This document shows positions 26,523 through 38,240 of a stretch of 64,000 nucleotides of DNA, in pieces (the first letter of the stretch is position 1; every line of letters starts with the position of its first letter). A model generated the notes under the pieces. That model did not search any database. It worked only from the letters and a program-made list of their open reading frames with translations, and had not been told where the DNA came from. Made by a program: the position numbers and the translations under genes. Source of the stretch: the human T2T-CHM13v2.0 reference genome, Homo sapiens; the NCBI RefSeq assembly GCF_009914755.1, contig NC_060937.1; one strand, given 5' to 3'.

Positions 26523-27379
26523 ATAGTTAAGGCATGCTCATCCTTAAAACTTCAGTTCAAACATTAAATTTTTTCTTATTCAGATCACCATCGTGTCTCA
26601 ATTTAGACAGCCTCTCTCTACTGTCCATAATGACCTGTCATGTATTTTCTAGTATTTGTCACGTATCATAGTACTCATTGCTTTTATTTTTCTTTTTTTT
26701 TAAACGAGGCTGTTTGCTCCTCTGAGCAGCCTCAATGACTCATTCATTACTGTATTCCCATTGCCTAACACATATCTGACAAATACTAAAAGCACAATAG
26801 ATGCCAGTTAAATGAATGGTAAATATAAATTAATATAAATAAATAAATTTTTCTTAAATTATCTGTTGCTTCTCAAGTTTCCTTTTCAGATTATCAATTT
26901 ATTTAACAAATATTTCTTGAATGTTTACTATCTATAAAACGTGGAGCAAGAGAATGTAAAACATTTTTTTGGAATAAAATTAATTTATGGTATGTAAAAT
27001 TAAATTAGTAATTAAATAAATTATATTAATTTATTTTTATATTCTATCAATTAACATTTGTTGGGTATTTCTGTGTGTGGTATCCTTTTTTAAATTGAAA
27101 AAAAGAAAACAATGCTCCAATTAGGACATAGAAGGCCTTGTGATACTCAATAAACTGAATACTATTGGAATTCACAATGGTCAATAAAGGAATTCCTTTG
27201 TCTTTAGTTATGGTCTAGGGCTATGCTGGTGTGTTTATGCTTATAATCAAATAGTGTGCAGCCTTTAAATATAGAGGGTGTGTCCCTATGGTTTATGTCA
27301 CACTTTTGATGGAAAAAAATTAATCAGGGACACTTGGATTCTATTCTTGTGCTTTGCAGTGTTGGCAGCCTTCCAAGAT

Positions 27380-27650
27380 TGGACAGATAATGTTCTCATT
27401 AAGCTGGTGGATGAGATTATCTTCCAAGCCATTGATAAAGTTTATGACAATAGTGGGCCTGAGAACTGACCCCAGTGGGACAGCTCTCAATATGCAACCC
27501 TAGTTTGTCCCATAATCATTGATCATCACCTATGGGTATGACCTTTACACCAGTTATACATTGACCTTACAAAATATTCCAAATTTCTTCATGAAAAATG
27601 TCATGTGAGTCTGTATCAGAGGACTTACTAGGATCCAGATCTATTAAAAG
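27380..27650 (-). mobile_element. L3/CR1 LINE RT fragment
   Basis: ttccaagccattgataaag..gggcctgagaactgaccccagtgggac..ccagttatacatt..tcatgtgagtctgtatcagaggacttactaggatccagat resembles CR1 antisense. Confidence 0.6.
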
Positions 27651-27831
27651 TCTTGCCTTTTTTTTAACCATCATTATCACAAAAATATTACATTGTTCTG
27701 GGGTGACTTTCATAAAATCATATTAAGTTATGGTTGACACCAGTGGTCTTTAAAACTATTTGGTAGCTAATAATTTTATGATTATAAGTAGTAGCAATCC
27801 AAATATTAAAATTCGGTGGACTAATCTTTAC

Positions 27832-28053
27832 TTTTCTTTTTTTCCTTTTCGTTAGAGACAGTGTTTTGCTCTGTAGCCCAGGCTGGAGTGCAGTGGTGTG
27901 ATCCTAGCTCACTGTAACCTCTAACTGCTGGGCTCAAGTGATCCTCCACCTTATCCTCTCGAGTAGCTGTGATTATAGGTATGAGCTGCCGAGATTGGCT
28001 ATTTTTTTTTTTTTTTTTTTGTAGAAATGCGGTCTATTTTGCCCAGGCTCGTC
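27832..28053 (-). mobile_element. AluJ, partial
   Basis: Right arm with ctgggctcaagtgatcctcc plus part of the left arm. Confidence 0.85.
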
Positions 28054-29441
28054 AGTTTTTTAAATATATTATTTTAAATTCTATACTTTATTTTTCTATT
28101 GTTACATGTCCATCCCATATCCTCGTAACTTCCTAAACCTCTTGTTTTGTCCGCCTGCCTTTGCCTGTTGTTCCTTCCTCAATATTGCCCCTGTGCTGGA
28201 TCAGAATTACCTCAGTCCTGCTCTCATCAAAATCACCTGATTTGTGTGTGTCCCGTTATTCACATATTAACTTCCCTTTGAAATGCTTGTTATTTTGAGA
28301 ATAAAAACAATTCTACATCCAAAGTGCCTAGCAAAGAGACCAGAATAGCGTGGGCACTTAATCAGTAAATAAATCCTGTAGGGTTTTATTCTTAGACTTT
28401 TCCTAGAATATCACTTTTTTTTTTGCCTTTCCCCAAAACACTATGTCTGGTTGATAATGTGCTCCCCAGGAATTCATAGTAACAGAAAGAAAGCTTTTGC
28501 ACATTCTTTGCTCACTGCAAGTGGCCAGATGCAGTTATTTCATCCTCTTCTTCAGTTTATCTTGACAGAATTTGCTTTCTGTCCGTTAATACAGTCATTT
28601 ACTGAGCTCCCCCAGACATTCTTCCTTTTTCCTCAGTGATTTCAGCACCTGGTCTACATTTTCACCCTCTGCCTTGCCTTCTGCAAAGTTTATGACTATA
28701 CGGTACAATTCAATCACTTCACAGTTTTTCCACCTCCATGACTCCAGTAATTTAATTTTTATCAGCCATAAGCATAACCATATAACCCTCCAAGTTCACA
28801 GACACTGAAATGTTGTATTTTCTCATAGGTGACATGCTCTTACTTTGCATCTGACCATGCTAATCTAAGTATTACATTTAGAAAGTAATTTTGGAGATAC
28901 TCTAACATGAAGAGTGTTCAAAAGGGCTTCAACGATCATTTTGCAATCAGACAAGCTGCAGTGGGAAGAAGATTTGACTGGAAGGACCTTAACGAAAGTT
29001 CAAATGCCAGTGAGAGCTTTAAAACTGCCTTCAGATAGCGTTTTTTGACTCCTTATCTAACTCCCATCCTAATCTCTACACCCAGTGACTGCAAACTTAT
29101 TTCCCTGAAATTTAATTCAATCTCACACATATTTATTGAGCATATTTTATTTATGAGAAATAGTTCTAGGAACTTGGTATAAATCAGTGAGCAAACAGAT
29201 AAAGCTGCCTTCCATTTTGCCACTTAGATCCTTTGCTTGAATTCTCTCGCAAATGTATCCTATATTGTCTTGTATATATTATTGATAATTTCATGAGATT
29301 TCTGTGCTCAACAGAATCTTACATCTAGACAAATTATTTTCTAGTTTATGTAAAGATTTAAATCTGTTTTCTGTGTGTGGACAGGTTAAATAAGATAATG
29401 TTTGGGGTGCCTTGGATGATGACTAACATGTAGTAAGCATC

Positions 29442-29553
29442 ATGCCTGTAATCCCAGCACTTTGGCAGGCTGAGGTGGGAAGATTGCTTGAGGCCAAGTG
29501 AGACCAGTGGCCAACATAGTGAGACTGCCTTTCTACATTAAAAAAAAAAAAAA
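29442..29553 (+). mobile_element. FLAM/Alu left monomer
   Basis: catgcctgtaatcccagcactttgg..ttgcttgaggcca..(A)n. Confidence 0.8.
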
Positions 29554-29628
29554 ATTTTCCTTACCATGACTAGCATTGGTATTTTAGAGATTGTGGTAAA
29601 GTACTGCATTTAAAATTATAAGTGCTCA

Positions 29629-29986
<358 letters not shown>

Positions 29987-32900
29987 CTACTGAATAATAA
30001 GCTCCCTGGAGTCAAGGATTGTCTCTCTTATGCAATCTCTGTTTAATTTGTGTGATTTCCTATGTTGATGACACATCATTGACATTCAAAGTGTTATTTG
30101 CTATATTAAATTTAGTTAAAACACTATAATTTCATCTTAATTAAATTCTAGGTTTTTCTTTATTCTCAAAGTTTTCCAAAATATTTTTTAACACCTACCA
30201 TTTTCAGTATAAAGAAAAAACCCCAAGGAACTAAATTATAAGATACTGTGAATCTAAATATTACTAGGATTAGAAAAATGTCAAATTTCACTCTTCTATT
30301 AAGAAAGTTGCATTTGATTTTCTAATTATAATTGAGATTTACTTCGAGGATAGACAAATTATGATACATATGAAAGTTTTAGCTCTGCTTATTGAAATGA
30401 AATGTGGAGCATCTTATTCTCTAATCCTGGATTTTAATTGAAGGAGAGGCAAATCTGAGAAATGTACACATAAGAGGCCATGATGAGTAGGTTTTTTACA
30501 AACAATCTAGTTTGAGGACAGTGAAATGTAGCTTCCAACATTTCCATAGCCCAGATTTTCTATATTTGGTATGCTAATGAATAATCAAATCACAATCAGT
30601 ATGCATTTTAAGCCACAATGCAAGTACTGAACTTAATTTGGTGATGTAAATACATGATAATAATTATGGAAATTTTCTTGGGTGAAGGGCAGCAAATGTT
30701 AGCACAACTAATGCTGTCCTTATTTGTGAGGTTCTAACTGCCTCAATCTGTCAAAAGCTGCTAAGGAAGCTGCCATGCTGTCTTTTTCATTTTCATTGCT
30801 AAAAAACTGGAAAAGAACACTCTTTGTAAATGAGCTAACCTACTTTTACAAAGTCATTTGCAGTCCTTTGCTATGTTTTTCTAGATAACTTTATGATAAC
30901 TTTATAACTGTGGGCTCAGTCTGTCTTGCATCAGTACTTCTAGGACATCAATATGAATATTTAGAAGTGTCTTACATATGAATCATAAATCATTTTAATA
31001 AACAATCTGATGGCCACTGTTGCATATGACTATTCTTTAGGTTTGCTGCAACATGGTAATTGAGCTTTTCTTTTGAAAGTGTGAGATTAGTTTTTCAACA
31101 CTAACTGATGACAATAGCCTGTCTCTGAAGGAGTTAAACCTAGCTGCTAAGGCAGGCAGTGTTTTATCTCTGTAAGAGCCATTTACTGCACTGTCTTCCA
31201 CCTTGAATTAGAGGTGGGCAAGGTAATCTTATCAACAGTTCGAAGCAAATCCATTTTTGGATTTCGAATTATGAGATGGCACTATATATTGCAGAGTGGT
31301 CTCTCTCGCATTATTTCAAGTTATTTCCACAATTCTATAAAGTAGATTAGATGTTTGTTAGATGAGAATTGTTAGATGAGAAAACTGAGACATATATAGT
31401 TAAATCACCTTAGTCATTTGCCTTAAGAGACAAGCTCTCAAATTATTTTCTTCATTTTTAGTCAGAAAGTTATATTATTTCCAAAGGATAATATTAATAT
31501 GTACTCTAATATAAAATATATTACAAAGTTTAAGCATTAGAGAACTACATAATGCAGGAAGAGAAAGACCCACATAATCACCTTCCCCTTCCAATAACTG
31601 TTTTCAGTTCCCTTTCTTCCTTTTTCTACACATAATATCTATATATATTTTCATTTTTTACTATTTACAAAAATGCAATAATAATGGATTCTATTCTCTA
31701 CATACTATCTAAAATTTGTTAGAATTTTTTCTCTGCTTAGTAATAAGGGGAAAAATAATATTTCTCTGTGATTGTATGTTTTTGTACATTTATTTGGATT
31801 ATTTTAAGTTTTTATTACTAATAAAAATGTTGTAATAAGAATTCTTGTTTATAGTTTTTTGCTCTCAGGTAAACTTTTGTTTAATTTACAAAATGTAGTA
31901 TGTACCAATAAGTAACATGTAGTTGAATAATTACATATGTATTTCATTCAATGCACTATGTGAAATATATTATTTCATTAAATTCCTGACAATACACAGG
32001 AATTATTGACTAAATGTCAGAAGATGATTTAAAAAATTAAGGTAACATTTTTCTAAATTTAATCTGTGAAAATACCTTTACAACTTTTTTGAAGGAAATT
32101 GGTCAATCTGTGTGTATTTAACTGTTTAGTAAACCAAGTAAAAACATATTTATCAGGTATTCACAATGGAAAACATGTAAGCTAATCCCTTGTGGAGGAA
32201 GGGAAGACAAGGAGAAATGAGTTATTCAATCTCTGTTATGCTCCAATCATTGTGTGAGACTTTTTTTTTACTGCTGTTCTGTAATCTACAAACCATTATG
32301 TACATTATGAATTACTATTAATTTTGTTATATAATCTGATGCTTCAAATGGTAAAATAAATAAATAAACACATAAATAAAACCCAAGTTTACAAAGTTTG
32401 TAAGTGGTAAAGTTGAGATTTGAACCAAATATTTGATCCTAAGGTTAAAACTATTCTTATTTCACCATATTGCATGTGATATGATGCAAAGATATGAAAT
32501 GTTTTGTGAATAAACAGTCTATTATCCACTTTGCTTGTAAAGGGCATATCTATACAGAGAGATATAGATATGATATATTGTTTCTTATAATAGTGGGGTT
32601 TCATGAATTTAATTACACATTTTTTTCCTGTAAAAATAAATCTAATTCAGCTGATTGATTTTTTTCCATGGGTAACATTAAGGTAAAAGTGTCAGTGTTG
32701 CAAACTTGGACAGAGACATCATTTTAGAACCCAAAAATTAAGTTTCTGTAAAAATGTAAAAGTAAAAATGTAATCTCTTTAATAAGTCTAGGTTCTAAGT
32801 CATTACTACTAACGTTGTGGAGAATGTCAACATGAACATTAAACACTTTGCAGAGCAAAACAATTGAGGATTTGCCAAGAATTAGAGCAACATGATGAAA

Positions 32901-33640
32901 CATAACTTTAATTTTTGAAGACAAAAATTACTCGAGTTTATTACAAATAGCTCAGAGTGGTTAAAGAGGACTCCTATCATATTCTGATAAATTTTAAATC
33001 ATCAGTTCAGCTCCTCCATATTCAGTACAATCCCCTCTTTATTGTAAGTGCATCTGCCCTTACAATCACAGTGGCTGCTTTTTCTACCACACTTTGAAAT
33101 AGCCAGTAAATATCGAGAATTTATATTTACACAGAGAGATCTTCTGTGAAATCTTACATGTATTTATTTCATCTTAAGAAATAGTATAACAGTTGATCAA
33201 ATGTTGCATAAACTCCTCCAGGACAGTAAACTGCACGTTCCTATTAAGTGAAATAAACTATCCCAGATGCCAGAATCCCACTGGGGGAAGTTTTCTGTGA
33301 AAGCATGCATTCGTCGCAAAGACACGGACAACTTATTCCCCAGGAAATATTCATTTACTATGACATCAGGGTTTTTATCGTACACCTGAAAATTTATTAG
33401 AATAAAACAGTGTATTTAAAGAAACTTACCCTAGCAATCATAACGCAGAAGCAGTTAATGACAGGTATCTTTTTTAAAAAGGCATTGAATGTCATTAAAG
33501 CAAGTCACATGACTGTGATTGTGACTAAATTGTGTAGCCATCAGTAATCCTTTTCTTTCACAGTTTTAGGGACGTGCTATTATACATTGAAAGCAAAGGG
33601 GTCATTGCCTTGTAAAGTCTGCCTGAATCATCGTTTCTTA

Positions 33641-35572
33641 GGGGTTGCCGGAAAGGCATTGGCCTCTGCGGGAGAACCCCAGCCTCCTCCTGGGGCCTCG
33701 CCGCTTTTTTCCCCAGATGCCCCAACGTCCCCCTGCAAGCCTGGCGTCCTGTCCCTGTCCCATGGGGAACTTCTTGCCGCTTTGGGGTGCCGCCCGTGGG
33801 GGAGACACGCACCCTGGGTGCAAGTCAGGGACTCCACAACCCTCCCGGCCCTGCGCAGGGGCTTCCGGGAAGGCACTACCATCTGTGGAACAACCACAGC
33901 CGCCTCCTCGGCCTCGCTGTTGTTTTCCCTGGGCTGCCTCAACATACCCCCGCAAGCCTGGCATCCCGTCCCCGTGACCCGGGGGACTTCTTGCCGCTTT
34001 GGAGGGCCCCCGGTGGGGGGAGACACAGGGTGAAGCCGGGGACTCCACGACCCCCTGGGCCCCACGCAGGGGCTGCAGGGAAGGCACTGGCCTCTGAGGG
34101 ATGATCCCAGCCTCCTCGGCCTCACCGCTTTTTCCCCCGGCTACCTCAACCTCCCCCTGCAAGCCTGGCGTCCTGTACCCGTGACCCAGGGGACTTCTTG
34201 CCACTTTGGGGTGCCGCCCATGTGGGAGACACGCACCCTGGGTGCTAGCCAGCGACTCCAGGACACGCCGGGCCGGGCGCAGGAGCTGCCGGAAAGGCAA
34301 TGGCGTCCGCGGGATGACCCCTTCCTCCTCCTGGGCCTCGCCGCTTTTTTCCACCTGCTGCATCAACATCCGCCTGCAAGCCTGGCATCCTATTCCCCTG
34401 CCCCGGGGGACTTCTTGCCGCTTTGGGGTGTCCCCTGTGGGGGAGACGCGCACTCTTGAGTGCAAGCCAGGGACTCCAGGACCTTCACGGGCCGGGGAAG
34501 GGACTGCCGGGAAGGCACTGGCCTCCGCGGGACGACCCCAGACTCCTCCTCGGACTCACCACTTTTTTCACCGCATTGCCTCAACGTTCCCCTGCAAGCC
34601 TGGCGTCCTGTCCCCGTGTCCCGGGGCACTTCTTGCCGCTTTGCGGTGCCCACCGTGGTGTAGACACGCACCCTTGGTGCAAGCCAGGGACTCCACGAAC
34701 CCCCGGGCCCGGCGCAGGGGCAGCCGGGAAGGCACTGGCCTCCGCGGGAAAACGCCAGCCTCCTCCTCGGCCTCCCCGCTTTTTTCCCTGGCCTGCCTCA
34801 ACGTCCCCATGCAAGCCTTGTTTCCTGTCCCAGTGCCCCGGGGAACTTCTTGCTACTTTGGGGTGCCCCCCGTGGGGGAGACCCTGGGTGCAAGCCACGG
34901 ACTCCATGACCCCCGCGTGCAGGTGCTGCCGGGAGGCACTGGCCTCAGAGGACCCCAGCCTCCTCATCCTTACCCCTTTTGTCCCCGGGCTGTCTCAACG
35001 TCACTCTGCAAGCTTGGTGTTTGTCCCCATGCCCCGGGGGACTTCTTGCCCCATTGGGGTGCCCTCCGTGTCGGAGACCCCACCCTGGGTGCAAGCTGGG
35101 GACTCCACGATGCCTCTCCAGTGGCACAGGGGCTCCCACGATGGCACTGGCCAACTCGTGATGACCACAGCCTCCTTCTAGGCCTTGCCGCTTGTTTCCC
35201 CGGCGTGCCTCAACGTCTCCCTGCAAGCCTGGCGTCCTGTCCCTGAGCCCCGGGGGGACTTTTTGCTGCTTTCAGGTGCCCCCCATGGGGAAGACAGGCA
35301 CTCTGGGTGCAAGCCAGGGACTCCACGACCATCCCCCACCCAGCCAGGGCCGGTGCAGGAGTGGCCAGGAGGGCACTGGCCTACTCGGGATGACCACAGC
35401 CGCCTCCTCGGCCTCGCGCTTGTTTCGCCGGGCTGCCTCGACGTCCCCCTGCAAGCCTGGCGTCCTGTTCCCGTGCCCCGGGGCACTTTTTGCCACTTTC
35501 AGGTGCCCCCCCACCGTGTTGGAGACACGCACCCTGGGTGCAAGCCAGGGACTCCACAACCCCCCTGGGCCC
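33641..35572. repeat. Gamma-satellite (GSAT/GSATII-like) array, ~9 GC-rich units of ~215 bp
   Basis: Recurrent gaaggcactggcctc at ~33651, 33869, 34080, 34292, 34511, 34728, 34932, 35141, 35370. Conserved motifs ctgcaagcctggcgtcctgtcccc and gcaccctgggtgcaagccagggactccac match the recalled gamma-satellite consensus. Confidence 0.85.
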
Positions 35573-35685
35573 GTGGGAGGATCATTTGAGCCTGGGAGAT
35601 CGAGGCTGCAGTGAGCTATGATCATGCCACTGAACTCCCGCCTAGGCAAGACAGCGAGACCTTACCTAAAAAAAAAAAAAAAAAG
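35573..35685 (+). mobile_element. Alu (J-like) 3' part of right arm with poly(A), 5'-truncated
   Basis: gtgggaggatcatttgagcctgggagatcgaggctgcagtgagctatgatcatgccactg..A17. Confidence 0.9.
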
Positions 35686-35703
35686 GAAGAAACATTGGTC
35701 ATT

Positions 35704-36270
35704 TGTGATGGATATCTGTAGCTTTGCTTTCCCAAAATCTATTTTCCTTTCTTTGGGTCCCTGATTTGCCTGCAGGCACCACAACTGCAGCATTGTCTGT
35801 AACTCAGGAAGAACTGTCCTTACCATTGGCTACAGTAGTAAAGATAGCTGATCAGTATTTTGTTTTTGTTTTTTTTTTAAATCAGCCACTCTGGCCACAG
35901 TAACTATTAGAGAAAGTATGTGATCAAGCCTGACCAATTAAAGCCAAAAAGACTGAGGGGATTTTAATCGGGAGCTCTCAGGATAAAGATAACCTCATCA
36001 CTAGGATCACTAAGAAGAGAGAATTGAACCTGAAGCTGCGGGGAAACACCTTCCTAAGAATGGTGCCCAACCTGGGAAAACAGCTCCTGCATTCTGCTTT
36101 GTCTAAGGCCAGCTCTAAAACACGTTATCCCAATCACTTCTCAGCCTTTTGGCTAAGATTAAGAGTAAAACACATCCCTAGGGCTTTCATTGTATTAATA
36201 AAACAAGTGAATAAATTGCCTTTTCCTTTATGAGTTTGTTTTCTTTCCTGTTCAATGTAAAAACCATGCT
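35704..36270 (+). mobile_element. Old MaLR LTR (MLT1J/K/L-like), host of the U2 fragment
   Basis: tgtgatggatatctgtagctttgc start, ggccacagt..gtgatcaagcctgaccaat core, aataaattgcc end. Confidence 0.5.
36133..36167 (+). pseudogene. U2 snRNA 5' fragment (3'-truncated retrocopy)
   Basis: atcacttctcagccttttggctaagattaagagta vs U2 5' end ATCGCTTCTCGGCCTTTTGGCTAAGATCAAGTGTA; flanked by imperfect direct repeats aaaacac(gtt)atccc. Confidence 0.88.
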
Positions 36271-37057
36271 TTATACCCCATGTTGATTTTTTTTTTAATA
36301 ATAAGAGGTGAGGCCCCCATTCGGTAAAGGGATTTGCCTAGGGTCTCAAATATACCCAACTGGATCCCATGGATTCTGACTCTTGCCTGGTGCTTCATCC
36401 ACTACTCTTTGAACAGAGTTTGTGTCTTTAAGACTTGGCTAAATATCTAAAATCAAATTCTTATATTCACTAGAAGAAAATATAATCTAAAGGAAGCTGG
36501 TGGTGGTTCCTTTCATGGTGTTTGTGATCCAGACTGTTGGCAACTCTTAGATATTCTCTACTGGATACATGCATATATATCACATAGAAATGTGACTAAC
36601 CCATAAGGAAAAGAACTGGAGAATAACTTAGTAACAGCATTATTATTATGCTCAGAGGCTCAGTAAAATACATATACATAGAACTATAACTCAAATTTAA
36701 AGTTTACATGTATAAATGTATTACTGTAAATATACATCCACTGATACATGAAACAATCACAACAGTCTGATTATATTTTATAAGATCGTTACATACGTAA
36801 CTACAGGATTTCTGCTTTATATTTATACTTACAAGTAGAATTTTCTTTTCCCCTTTTGGCAGGTAACCAAAGTTAAAAACAAACTATTTAGAGAAATAAA
36901 CTTGATACCAAGGGACAAAATAGATGCCAGAACCCTCATGTCATATTGCAAACTTGATTCAAATTCTGTTGCTGTAACCTTTGTGACATAACTTTATGTA
37001 AAAGGTTTACAGATTTTTTTTAAAATTACTATTTACTTGAGTAAATGAAATAATAAA

Positions 37058-37170
37058 TGTTCTAGTCCATTTGGCCTGCTACAACATACATACCATAAGC
37101 TGGGTGGCTTAAACAACAAACATTTACTTATCACAGTTCTGGAGACTAGGGACTCCCAGATCTGGTGTCT
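37058..37170 (-). mobile_element. MLT1/MST-type MaLR LTR end, cut by the PHF2 duplication junction
   Basis: tgttctagtccatttggcctgct..gggtggcttaaacaacaaacatttacttatcacagttctggagactagg. Confidence 0.8.
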
Positions 37171-37171
37171 T

Positions 37172-37412
37172 GTGCTCTTCCTCGTAGTGGCCCAGGTCCA
37201 CGCTGTTCTTGGCAGCCCTCTTCAGCAGTTGCTTGCCTGCACTCTTGCCGCTGCCACCCCCATTCTTCTGGGCACCATGGGATGCCAGCGAGCTCCTCTT
37301 GGCCTGGCCAGTGCACCATGTGGTCTGCAGGTAGGAGTCGGAGGCCTGCAGGTTGGCCATGGACAGCATTCCCTGAATGGCTTCCTGCATGCTGGGGCAG
37401 GCTGGGGGCTGG
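37172..37412 (-). pseudogene. PHF2: PHF2-like exon (~exon 18), 3'-truncated by a junction
   Basis: tag|..QPPACPSMQEAIQGMLSMANLQASDSYLQTTW..RAAKNSVDLGHYEEE, then homology stops and MLT-LTR sequence begins. Confidence 0.92.
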
Positions 37413-37967
37413 CTAGGGGCACGGAGAGACAGGCACTCAGCCCAGCAGTCTTAGCCTGCAGCCCAGACACTTAGACAACAGCCCATGGCCTGCACAAACT
37501 CCTGCACAAACTCCTGGCCTTGGTGGCAGGCAGTGGGTGTGGAGCAGAGAGGGTGGGAGTGAACTGATGACTTCTCCCTTGGAAAAGGCCAGCCACTCCC
37601 CCATCCAGCTCTGTTCACCCACCCATACTCCACAGGGAAGGCTGGAGGCCTGGGGAGAGAGATGGGCATGGAGAGGAGAATTGGGAAGACAGCAGATGGG
37701 AAGGAGGGTCCAGACCCTCACATGGTCACGGTTTGGTCTCTCCCACCTTAAAGCTGGCAAGCAGACTCAGCGACTTCCCTCCTGCACCCCAGCCACTCTG
37801 TGTACTCCTTCATTCCACCCTGTCCCTCTTTCCCAACTGCAGAACTAGCCCTGGGCGTTCCTTACCCCACTTCGCAGGGAACCTTCCCACGTGTCACCCT
37901 GAGAAGGGGCAGCACAGCCCACTCCCTCCCATGGCACATGCTCTCCCCAGTGACCTGCAACTTTTCT

Positions 37968-38240
37968 CCACACCCACACCTGCACCCACACCTGCATCTA
38001 CACCTGTACCTACCCCCACACTTACATCTACACCTGTGGCTAGCCCCCACATCTACACCCCCAGCTGCATCTACACCTGTACCAACTCCACACTCACACC
38101 TGCATCTACACCTGTGCTACCCCCACATCTGCACCCCCAGCTGCATCTACACCTGCACCTAACCCCACACCTGCACCCACCTGCACATGGACCTGCAGCT
38201 ACATGTGCACCTGAACAGGCACAGCTGCACCTCAGCTCAG
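37968..38240. repeat. Degenerate CACCTG/CATCTA hexamer-based repeat
   Basis: Variants of cacctgcatctacacctgtac. Confidence 0.85.

Noticed and set aside
33641-35572. CRISPR-like periodic array
   Set aside because: Whole ~215-bp monomers are homologous; there are no unique spacers or cas genes, and the context is eukaryotic.
33558-35649. Many long overlapping ORFs (up to 346 aa) with repeated PCKPGVLS / QAWRPVPVPRGTSC motifs
   Set aside because: Translations of GC-rich gamma satellite, open in several frames on both strands.
37490-37516. 12-bp tandem ctgcacaaactc x2 (and (ccagct)n at ~55038)
   Set aside because: Trivial slippage repeats.
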